Assembly: GCA_043822065.1 (NCBI GenBank)
Contig: JBDRCC010000020.1
Location: 80,598 to 144,597, forward strand
Length of the DNA: 64,000 nt
DNA from: an archaeon
GTDB lineage: Archaea > Undinarchaeota > CAZHTU01 > JBDRCC01
Direction: 5' to 3'
Shown here: positions 56,280 to 64,000 of the stretch, in pieces
How the letters are laid out: each line of letters opens with the position of its first letter
How positions within the stretch are numbered: position 1 is the first letter of the stretch
The notes under the pieces: generated by a model
The model's input: the letters and a program-made list of their open reading frames with translations, nothing else
Database searches by the model: none
Told to the model about the DNA's origin: nothing
Program-made: the position numbers and the translations under genes

Positions 56280-57143
56280 ATGGACGTCCTTAACGTAAAA
56301 GAGCAGACCTACAGAAAATTGTTCATAATCCCACTTCTCCTGCTGTCTTTTTCACTGATTGTTTTGGCAAACGCCTACCTGCACGGGGACATCCTTGAGC
56401 GCGACATTGACCTTAAGGGCGGGGTCCAGATATCCATGGCATATTCAACGCCAGTTGACGCCTATTCGTTTGAGCGCCAGCTTACTGAAAAGGGCATACC
56501 TGACGTCCGCGTGAGGACTACGAGCGACTTTTCTGGCGAGCAGACCGGGCTCCAGATAGAGGCGGGAGTAGACAACCCGGACGAGTTTGAGTCCGCTGTA
56601 GAATCCATCATAGGCATGGAGCTGACCGACGAGAACCGCTCAATAACCAACTTCGGCTCAACCCTTGCCGAGTCCTTCTGGAAGCAGGCAAGAAAAGCAA
56701 TCCTCTGGGCCGTTTTCCTTATGTGCACAATAATCGTCATCGCCTTCAGGAAGCCAGTGCTCTTTGGGGCAATACTCCTCAACGTATTCGCTGACATAGT
56801 CACAACTTTGGCATTCATGAACCTCTTTAGCATCCAGCTCTCCCTTGCTTCAATCGCCGCCCTCCTGATGATACTCGGAACCGGCGTCGACAGCAACATA
56901 CTCCTTAGCACCCGCGCCTACCGCCAGCGCGGGGGGGAGATGGTTTCAAGGATCAACGAGGCGCTCCTTACCGGGCTTGTGATGTCAGCCGCCATCCTGC
57001 TCGTGCTGCTCTCAATCCTATTTTTTGCAAGGGCCCCTGCCCTGACCACAATAACCTCAGTCCTCTTCATTGGGATGTCTGTTGACACCCTATACACATG
57101 GATTATGAACGTCAACATACTCTTGAGGTGGGGCAAAAAATGA
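56280..57143 (+). CDS. secF: Protein translocase subunit SecF
   Basis: DIDLKGG, FGSTL, AFR, IAALLMILGTGVDSNILL. Confidence 0.85.
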   Translation: MDVLNVKEQTYRKLFIIPLLLLSFSLIVLANAYLHGDILERDIDLKGGVQISMAYSTPVDAYSFERQLTEKGIPDVRVRTTSDFSGEQTGLQIEAGVDNPDEFESAVESIIGMELTDENRSITNFGSTLAESFWKQARKAILWAVFLMCTIIVIAFRKPVLFGAILLNVFADIVTTLAFMNLFSIQLSLASIAALLMILGTGVDSNILLSTRAYRQRGGEMVSRINEALLTGLVMSAAILLVLLSILFFARAPALTTITSVLFIGMSVDTLYTWIMNVNILLRWGKK

Positions 57144-58654
57144 ACAAAAAAATGTTCATGGAATGGCGCGTCATAGCACTCTTCCTATTCCTGTTGCTGT
57201 CCCTCATGTCAATCGGCCCGCGGTCAACCACTTACCTGGACATAACCCACGTAGAATTCAACTCCACTGCCTGGAATTATGGAATCCGCCCAGGCATGAC
57301 AATCTACCAAGTAAACGGAAAGGCTGCAACCAGCGTTGATGTTTTCGTGTCAGCGACAAGCGGCCTCTCCGAGGGCGACACCCTCACTATGGTCATAGAC
57401 AAGCGCGCCGCGTCTCTCCTGATCACAGGCCCCCTTGGAATTGAAGTCATTGATCAGAGGCCGACAAACATCCGCCTCGGCCTGGACATCCAGGGAGGCA
57501 CAAGGGCGATAGTCAAGCCGGTTACAAATTCGCCCTCAAAGAACGTCACGATTGCAACGCTCGAGGTCCTTGAGGCAAGGATGAACACCTACGGGCTCCA
57601 AGAGGTTAAGTCAAAGCCTGTCGAGGACGCATATGGAAACTGGTACATCCAGGTAGAGCTCGCAGGCCCCGGCAGCGAACGGGTCCTCAACGTAATAAAA
57701 AATGTCGGGCGGTTCGACGTCCGCGTCAGGAACCAGACAATATTAACCGGCTCTGACATCGCAACAGTCGGCGCACCCCAGGCCCAGATGCAGGGCGGCT
57801 ACGGAACGCCGTTCACAATAAGCCCAGACGCCTCAGACTCCCTCCAAAAGGCATACTTCTCAGCAGTGAAGAGCAACGAGACCACATGCCTAACCGAAGA
57901 GGACTGCCCTGGATTCTACCAGTGCGTCCCGGGCATAAAGCTCTGCAGGCCGCTCATCGAGATGTACCTCGATGACGAGCTCAAATTCTCAGCGCCAGCC
58001 CAGACCCAGCTCCACGAGTCATTCCTCGCAGGCATCCAGACCCAGGAGCTGATTGCTTCGGTCGGAGACCCTGACACTGCGAAGAATTTGGAGGTCGTCA
58101 TGCGCTCTGGAACCCTGCCAGCTGGAGTGACCGGCGCCGAGGTAATCTCGCGTGACTTTGTAGACCCGACGCTCGGAAAGGACTTTGTCAGGTCAACCCT
58201 AGTCGCAGCAGTTGTCTCCCTGCTTGCGGTCTCTGCAGTAGTCCTCATTAGGTACAGGAACCTCAAAATATCATTTGCAATAATGTTCACCGGAATATCC
58301 GAGGTAATAATACTCCTCGGCGCGGCTGCCTTCCTCAGGCAGGACCTCGACCTTCCGGCGATTGCAGGAATCATAGCTGCGATAGCCACGGGCGTCAACC
58401 AGCAGATAATAATGACCGACGAGATCCTCGGGAAGGCCGGTGCTGGGCAATCCACATCCCAGAAGATGAAAACTGCATTCTTTATCATAATTCTTGCTAC
58501 CCTGACAATCATGGCGACAATGCTGCCGCTTATGACGCTCGGCATAGGGCTTGTCAAAGGATTCGCCATAATGACGTTCCTTGGCGTCCTCTTTGGATTC
58601 TCAATAACCAGGCCGGCATACGGCAAGATACTGACCTATCTCATCAAGAAGTGA
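57140..58654 (+). CDS. secD: Protein translocase subunit SecD with PDZ-like insertion
   Basis: LGLDIQGGTR, RSGTLP, PTLG, LDLPAIAGII, KGFA, ITRPAYG. Confidence 0.87.
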   Translation: MNKKMFMEWRVIALFLFLLLSLMSIGPRSTTYLDITHVEFNSTAWNYGIRPGMTIYQVNGKAATSVDVFVSATSGLSEGDTLTMVIDKRAASLLITGPLGIEVIDQRPTNIRLGLDIQGGTRAIVKPVTNSPSKNVTIATLEVLEARMNTYGLQEVKSKPVEDAYGNWYIQVELAGPGSERVLNVIKNVGRFDVRVRNQTILTGSDIATVGAPQAQMQGGYGTPFTISPDASDSLQKAYFSAVKSNETTCLTEEDCPGFYQCVPGIKLCRPLIEMYLDDELKFSAPAQTQLHESFLAGIQTQELIASVGDPDTAKNLEVVMRSGTLPAGVTGAEVISRDFVDPTLGKDFVRSTLVAAVVSLLAVSAVVLIRYRNLKISFAIMFTGISEVIILLGAAAFLRQDLDLPAIAGIIAAIATGVNQQIIMTDEILGKAGAGQSTSQKMKTAFFIIILATLTIMATMLPLMTLGIGLVKGFAIMTFLGVLFGFSITRPAYGKILTYLIKK

Positions 58655-58711
58655 GGCGGCATGCAGGCTCACGTTCAAAATCTAATCTTGTCGGGCTAAG
58701 GCCTACCTTTT

Positions 58712-59071
58712 CTAATTGTTGAAGGCGTTCTCTCCGCCATCCTGGATGTCGACTATCGCCTGTGCAAGGTCCCCGCCTGCGGACTTAAGGGCGTTTGCCG
58801 CGACGTTAAGGTCCGCCCCGGTCTGCTCCATGACCATCTTGAGGTCGGCCTCGTCCACGTCGTCTCCCTCTTCGGCATCCCTCTCGACGCCCTTGCCTAT
58901 TACCTGCCAGGTCTCCTGGCCCATAAGGTTCATCCTCTGGACCTGCGGGTTCTCGATTATTATGTCCTTGTCCTCTGTTTCGATTATTACCCGCTTCGCA
59001 TGGATGTCCTCCATGTTCATCTGCTTCATCATCTTCTTTATCTGCGACGGATTTATTCCCATTCCCTTCAT
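58712..59071 (-). CDS. nac: Nascent polypeptide-associated complex protein
   Basis: MMKQM...IIIENPQV..M..MGQETWQ; UBA-like GDLAQAI. Confidence 0.92.
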   Translation of the reverse strand: MKGMGINPSQIKKMMKQMNMEDIHAKRVIIETEDKDIIIENPQVQRMNLMGQETWQVIGKGVERDAEEGDDVDEADLKMVMEQTGADLNVAANALKSAGGDLAQAIVDIQDGGENAFNN

Positions 59072-59119
59072 GCCAGTAGATATCCCTCACCTAATTGATA
59101 AGCTTAACGGATTTTCGAA

Positions 59120-60136
59120 TCAAAGCGCATTGAAATCTATGCAGGCAATCCACTCTTTTGGGCTTACCTGCCTGCCCTTGTTCCACTCAAGGAGCCTGAA
59201 CTTCCGCTTATTTGACTCGACAATCCCTTTCGTTTCCAGTATCTTTTCCTCAAACATGCCGCCCTTTACAAGTACGTGGTAATGCACAACCCCCTCTGGC
59301 TTCAGCACGCCAAGCGCTACCGGGAGGAAGCCCTCCGCCATCTTCGGCAGGTTCATGACCACCCTGTCGACCTTGAATCCTCTGCAGACATCCCTCGCGT
59401 CCCCCTCGCGCACTTCGACAAGCGAGTCCACCTTATTCAGCCCAACATTTTTTCTCATGTACTCCACCGCATCAGGGTTTATCTCCACGGCAATTACCCT
59501 TGCCCCGGATGTTTTTGCAATAAGCACCGCAAACGGCCCGACCCCTGCGAACATGTCCAGGACGGTTTCGTCTTTTTTCACTTTCTTCGCAACCCGCAAT
59601 CTCTCCGTCGCGAGCCGCGGCGTGAAAAAGACCTTTGACACGTCAAGCAGGTACCTGCACCCGTGCTCCCTATGGGTGGTCTCCGTCCTTTTCTCCCCGG
59701 CGAGGAACTCTACATCTCTTACCCGGTACTCGCCCTCGACCTTTCCTAGCCTCTTGACCACCGTCTTGACGTTCTTGTGCACCTTTAGTATCGCTTCCGC
59801 AACCAGCCGCTCCCTCTTTTCAAGCTCCGGCTTGATTAGGAGCACGGCAATATCGCCTATGACGTCGTACGCCCGGGTGACCTCTTTCAGCTCCCCTTCC
59901 GGCAGCCTGCCCCTCAGGACCTCCATTATGCTCTTCGGCTGGGCTGCCCGCTTCCTTATCTTTTTCTTGGAAGCCTGTGCGCCGTATCTCTTTAGAATGC
60001 TGTCGCCTGCCTTTCCAGCAAAGCCAAAATAAACGTACTTCTCGTCCGAACCAGCAGCCCCCTGTTCGAGAAGCCCTCTTTTTGCAAGCTCCCGCCTCAG
60101 CTTCTCTGCTTTTTTCTTTTCAACCCGGATAATCAT
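59120..60136 (-). CDS. trm5: tRNA (guanine-37-N1) methyltransferase Trm5
   Basis: YDVIGDIA, FFTPRLATER, DMFAGVGPF, MNLP. Confidence 0.9.
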   Translation of the reverse strand: MIIRVEKKKAEKLRRELAKRGLLEQGAAGSDEKYVYFGFAGKAGDSILKRYGAQASKKKIRKRAAQPKSIMEVLRGRLPEGELKEVTRAYDVIGDIAVLLIKPELEKRERLVAEAILKVHKNVKTVVKRLGKVEGEYRVRDVEFLAGEKRTETTHREHGCRYLLDVSKVFFTPRLATERLRVAKKVKKDETVLDMFAGVGPFAVLIAKTSGARVIAVEINPDAVEYMRKNVGLNKVDSLVEVREGDARDVCRGFKVDRVVMNLPKMAEGFLPVALGVLKPEGVVHYHVLVKGGMFEEKILETKGIVESNKRKFRLLEWNKGRQVSPKEWIACIDFNAL

Positions 60137-61662
60137 CTTATGTGCAAATGTGGGTGGATTTTCTCCAGCACCATGCTCTCAACAGAAACCGGCTTTACAG
60201 TGTCCGCAATCCTCCTTGCGAGCATGAGCTTTTCCTTGTTGTCTGCGTATATGGTGTAGAGCTTGGTGCCCTTTGCGACTTTCTCCCCGACTTTGTTATC
60301 TAAATACACGCCTGCGCCCTTGTCACGCGGAGCCCCAGCGGCGCGGGTTACCATCTTGATTCCGTGGTTGCTTATCCTTGCCACATATCCCCTCTTTTCG
60401 GAGTACACCGTTGTAGCGTACTTCCCAGGCTTAAGCTTCGTAGACTTTACATCCGGGTTTCCGCCCTGAGCCTCTACTATCTCCTTGAACTTTTTCATGG
60501 CGTCGCCGCTTTCGAGAATCTTCATTGCGTCCTCTGAACCGTGCCCCTGCCGCGAATAGCCGCCAAGCTCCAGCAGCATCCCTGCTATGCCGGTCGACTT
60601 CTCAATCAGGGATGTCGGGTGCCCTTTGCCCTCAAGGACCTCGAGCGCCTCCTTTGCTTCTATTATTGGGCCCATCGCATGCCCTACAGGCTGGGCGCCG
60701 TAGGTCAGTGCGCACTCCACTTGTATGCCCATCCTCCTTCCAATCTCTATAAGGTCGCGTGCGAGCTCTTCGCCTAACTTCCGGTCAGGTATCTTTGTCT
60801 CGCTGCCTATCGGTATGTCCATGACGACATAATCCGCGCCGACCGCCTTCTTCTTGCTCATTATGCTCGCGAGCAGGAGCGGCCGCGGGTCTATGTCCAG
60901 CGGGTACTCGACCTGTATCATCATGTCGTCAGCAGGCGCCAGGTCTACTGCGCCACCCCATACCAGGCAGCCGTTCGTCTTCTGAACGACTTTCTTTATC
61001 TGGTTTAGGCCGAGGTCGACAGGGCACAGGACCTCCATCACGTCTGCCGTTCCCGCCGGGCTGGTTATCGCCCGTGAACTCGTCTTGGGTATGGTAAGGC
61101 CTGCGCTTGCAATTATCGGCACTATTAACAGGCTTATCTTGTTTCCCGGCACCCCTCCAATTGAGTGCTTGTCGAAGACCGGGCCCTCTATGTCCAGGAC
61201 GTCCCCGCTTTCCGCCATTGCACGGGTGAGCACCTCGACCTCTTCCATGTCCATCCCCTTGGAGTGGAGGCCGCAAACGAACGCTGCAATCTCTATGTCC
61301 GAAAGGCTTCCATCAACCATCTCGGAAATAATCCGCTCTATCTCCTGTTTCGACAGGTTGTGCCCGTTCAGCTTCTTGACTATGCTGCTTACCGATTCCG
61401 GCTTCTCAAGGTGTGAAACTAAGACGTTTGAATTTCTTTTCATGTTCAGGGCCTTCTGGACTTCGTCGAAAATCCCGACCTCGCCTGGCTTGACAAACTT
61501 GCCAGTAGTATTGACTATCGCTGACGTGAAATCCCCCTCGTATTCAACCCTTACCCTAGAGCCTGCCCTTACCCCAAGGTCTGCGGCATCAATGTCGTTG
61601 AGGACAACCTCTTTTTGTGCAAAGTCTACGTCAATTATCCTGGCTTTCAGCTTTTTCTTCAT
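60133..61662 (-). CDS. deoA: AMP phosphorylase (archaeal thymidine-phosphorylase family)
   Basis: DKHSIGGVPGNK, KTSSRAITSPAGTAD, extra N-terminal domain. Confidence 0.92.
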   Translation of the reverse strand: MKKKLKARIIDVDFAQKEVVLNDIDAADLGVRAGSRVRVEYEGDFTSAIVNTTGKFVKPGEVGIFDEVQKALNMKRNSNVLVSHLEKPESVSSIVKKLNGHNLSKQEIERIISEMVDGSLSDIEIAAFVCGLHSKGMDMEEVEVLTRAMAESGDVLDIEGPVFDKHSIGGVPGNKISLLIVPIIASAGLTIPKTSSRAITSPAGTADVMEVLCPVDLGLNQIKKVVQKTNGCLVWGGAVDLAPADDMMIQVEYPLDIDPRPLLLASIMSKKKAVGADYVVMDIPIGSETKIPDRKLGEELARDLIEIGRRMGIQVECALTYGAQPVGHAMGPIIEAKEALEVLEGKGHPTSLIEKSTGIAGMLLELGGYSRQGHGSEDAMKILESGDAMKKFKEIVEAQGGNPDVKSTKLKPGKYATTVYSEKRGYVARISNHGIKMVTRAAGAPRDKGAGVYLDNKVGEKVAKGTKLYTIYADNKEKLMLARRIADTVKPVSVESMVLEKIHPHLHIR

Positions 61663-61755
61663 GCCAAAGGAAAAGCTTTACCTGTTAAAAAACCTTTGTA
61701 ATAATAATGCCTGGTGGTTTGGGGTGCCTGCCGCAGTCCAATGCCGCAAACAACG

Positions 61756-62040
61756 CTATAACCTATTTTTCAAGGGAATGTCTATCGTCGAGACGTTTGT
61801 CTCGCCCGATTCCCCCATCAGCTTTTCGGTCCCTATCTTTATCTCGCCGACCTGCGCAGTCTTTACGAATCTGTTCCTTACAATCTCAGCGACGTCGACT
61901 GCCTTGGATATGGTCCTTCCGCGGGCCCTTATGCTTACCTCCGAGGTCTTGTTGTTGAACTGCGTGACAACTGCCAGGACGTAGTTCATGACTGGCTTGC
62001 TGCCGATAAACACTGTGGAGTCGTCTTTTCTCTCTGGCAT
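61756..62040 (-). CDS. albA: DNA/RNA-binding protein Alba
   Basis: [28 protein letters not shown]. Confidence 0.96.
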   Translation of the reverse strand: MPERKDDSTVFIGSKPVMNYVLAVVTQFNNKTSEVSIRARGRTISKAVDVAEIVRNRFVKTAQVGEIKIGTEKLMGESGETNVSTIDIPLKNRL

Positions 62041-62125
62041 AAGTATCCCCCCGTCGGTTCTATAGCTAATACTACTTTTGCGGCTCTTTTAACATTACCG
62101 CATATTCTTCAAAATATTATAAAAA

Positions 62126-62198
62126 TGGGCCCGGCCGGATTTGAACCGGCGACCTTCGCCGTGTGAAGGCGACGTCATAGCGACTAGACCACAGGCCC
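62126..62198 (-). tRNA. tRNA-Val(CAC), CCA not encoded
   Basis: GGGCCTG acceptor stem, anticodon arm TCGCC-TTCACAC-GGCGA, T arm GCCGG-TTCAAAT-CCGGC, followed by a T-tract. Confidence 0.93.
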
Positions 62199-62208
62199 CC
62201 GCTTCTAT

Positions 62209-64000
62209 CTACTCCACCGGTTTAATAAAACTTTCGGCGTAGACCCGCTCATATGAGCTTGCCGTCTTCTGGTATATCTGGAGGTCGACCCAGTTTCCTG
62301 CCTCCCTTGAGAACTGTGCGTAAATGAATTCAGTCGGCCGCCCCCTTACCCGCGTTTCCGCATAGACAAAGAATGCGTCATCGTCGACCGGCACCACCCA
62401 GCTCTCGGTCTCGTACATCCCGTCCTCGACCTTCCAGTGCGAATTCGGCTTGAAGCCGCCCTCCCACGCGCCCTTTGCGGCTGGCTGTATCGCCTGCGGG
62501 TTTATAGATGTCAGGGCGTCCACGAATCCCTCTGAGAAATACGCGTCGCCCTGGCTCGACGCCCGGTTTATCCGCTGGGCGCTAAGCTGCTGGCCGTCAT
62601 AGAAAAGGAAAAGCGTCTCAAAAATCCCGGGCTTCTCCTCAAAAGCATAGTCATAGCTGTTGAGATTGTCCGGTATGCTCCACACAATTGCAAGCATCTG
62701 TGTATCCTGGTTGTACATGAACGTGGTCGGCTGGTAGTTTTCGTAAACAAAGTCACGTATTTCCGTCTGCGTCCACCAATAGTCAGTGGAATACACTCCG
62801 CCTGCGACCGGCCCGCGCACGTCAATTATCTTCGAGGGCGTTTCGCGCTGCAATTTTCCAACTACCTCCTCCGGGCGTATATCCCCGACCGCGAACCGCC
62901 TTGGGTTCATGTCCACAAGGTCCCCAGCTATCCTGAGGTCGCGCGACAGCGCAAAATACGGCCCCATCGGAGACGAGGTGTCAAATATTACCTGCCCCGG
63001 CCTGAGGTCAAAGCTGTCATAAAAGCCGCTGTAGACATCAGCCTCCTTGAACCAGACTGTATTGAAGTAGGTCCAGAATCCGACGGCCACTGCAGCCACC
63101 AATATTATCGCGAGCCCCATCTTGTATGCCTCGTTCCGCTTGCCCTCCCTGTTCCACAAGTCCGCGAAGAGCATTCCCCCGAGTATGCAGAAGAACGGGA
63201 CGATGTACATCACATACCAGAAGTATACTTCCGAGATGAGGAAGTACCCCAGCAGGCTGCTCGCAACCGCAAGCGAGCAGAGCACGGCGAGCTCCTTATC
63301 CTTCTTGAACGCGAAGTACGCCATTGAGAGCATGGCTATCAGGAAAAGCGGCATCTCATGCCAGAATAGCTGGAAAAACCCGTACTTGAAGCCGAAGACC
63401 GTGGCGCCCTTTCCAATGTGGTACAGAACCGTATTCTCCACAAAATTGGGCACGAACGCAAGCAGGACGAAGACCGGCGCGATGGTCAGGGCTCCGTGGA
63501 CGACCTTGTACTGCTTCTTGTAAATGTTGTACGCGAATATGACAATCATCACCGGGAACGTCGAATACCTCACGAGCGCGGCAAGCCCAAGCATGATGCC
63601 TGCGCAGTACGGCTTCTTTTCCAGGCTGTAATACGCCGCCGCCATTATGAACGCGAGGTTAAGCGCGGCGCCGACGGTAAAATACGTAGTGTACTCAAAA
63701 AACGGCGACGACAGGAGCAGCACTGCGGCGATAAGCCCGGCATACCTCTTGTGCCTCTCGCCGATTAGGTAGACTGAAAACAGTATTGCAATCCCTGCAA
63801 CGGCCGGCTGGATTATTCCTGTGCCAATGCCTGCGCCGAATATCTTGTATATCAGCGCTGTCGGGAAAATAAGAAGCGGCGGGTGGGCAAAAAAGAAGTC
63901 CCTGTACGGAATCACGCCGTCGGCAAATATCTTCGCCATGTACAGGTAAATGGCATTGTCCCCGTGTATCGGCACTACGCCGGATGCCAAAGCCAGGAGC
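62209..64000 (-). CDS. GT-C fold membrane glycosyltransferase (ArnT/PMT-like), 5'-truncated
   Basis: GDNAIY...G.IPYRDFFFAHPP motif, many TM helices, C-terminal soluble domain; frame is open to the window end. Confidence 0.8.
   Translation of the reverse strand, partial: LLALASGVVPIHGDNAIYLYMAKIFADGVIPYRDFFFAHPPLLIFPTALIYKIFGAGIGTGIIQPAVAGIAILFSVYLIGERHKRYAGLIAAVLLLSSPFFEYTTYFTVGAALNLAFIMAAAYYSLEKKPYCAGIMLGLAALVRYSTFPVMIVIFAYNIYKKQYKVVHGALTIAPVFVLLAFVPNFVENTVLYHIGKGATVFGFKYGFFQLFWHEMPLFLIAMLSMAYFAFKKDKELAVLCSLAVASSLLGYFLISEVYFWYVMYIVPFFCILGGMLFADLWNREGKRNEAYKMGLAIILVAAVAVGFWTYFNTVWFKEADVYSGFYDSFDLRPGQVIFDTSSPMGPYFALSRDLRIAGDLVDMNPRRFAVGDIRPEEVVGKLQRETPSKIIDVRGPVAGGVYSTDYWWTQTEIRDFVYENYQPTTFMYNQDTQMLAIVWSIPDNLNSYDYAFEEKPGIFETLFLFYDGQQLSAQRINRASSQGDAYFSEGFVDALTSINPQAIQPAAKGAWEGGFKPNSHWKVEDGMYETESWVVPVDDDAFFVYAETRVRGRPTEFIYAQFSREAGNWVDLQIYQKTASSYERVYAESFIKPVE

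Noticed and set aside
62100-62210. Integrated element at tRNA-Val
   Set aside because: No integrase or duplicated tRNA 3' end was seen; core genes (albA, deoA) follow directly.

Overview
A gene-dense, streamlined archaeal chromosomal region. Archaeal markers include aRF1, Alba, MBF1, Hjc, PINA, archaeal DnaG, NAC, AK6, Trm5, TrmI and BRE/TATA promoters. A DPANN-like lineage with substantial biosynthetic capacity is plausible, but this is inference only. Contents in order: a type IV pilus locus (6 pilin-like genes, ATPase, two TadC/FlaJ-like proteins); pyrE-D-K-C-F; aRF1; ValRS; a histone-fold protein with a C-terminal coiled coil; PINA; HisRS; acetyl-CoA synthetase; a 10-gene archaeal (AcnX/UbiD-type) mevalonate plus ether-lipid cluster containing an unexplained HAD phosphatase and an atypical GGGP synthase; fused GuaA; a prepilin peptidase; RecJ/GAN-like; NadM; Hjc; five tandem stand-alone CBS genes; DnaG; a metal/oxidative-stress island; nadX; pyrBI; secFD; AMP phosphorylase; Alba; tRNA-Val(CAC); and a partial GT-C glycosyltransferase. 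The stress island holds two rubrerythrin-type genes, an encapsulin-cargo-type ferritin, a split desulforedoxin plus superoxide reductase, a TRASH-domain permease, and two hand-translated Cys-rich metallothionein-like microproteins not called as such in the ORF track. No CRISPR array, rRNA or mobile element was seen. All product calls come from motif recognition by eye; no database searches were run.
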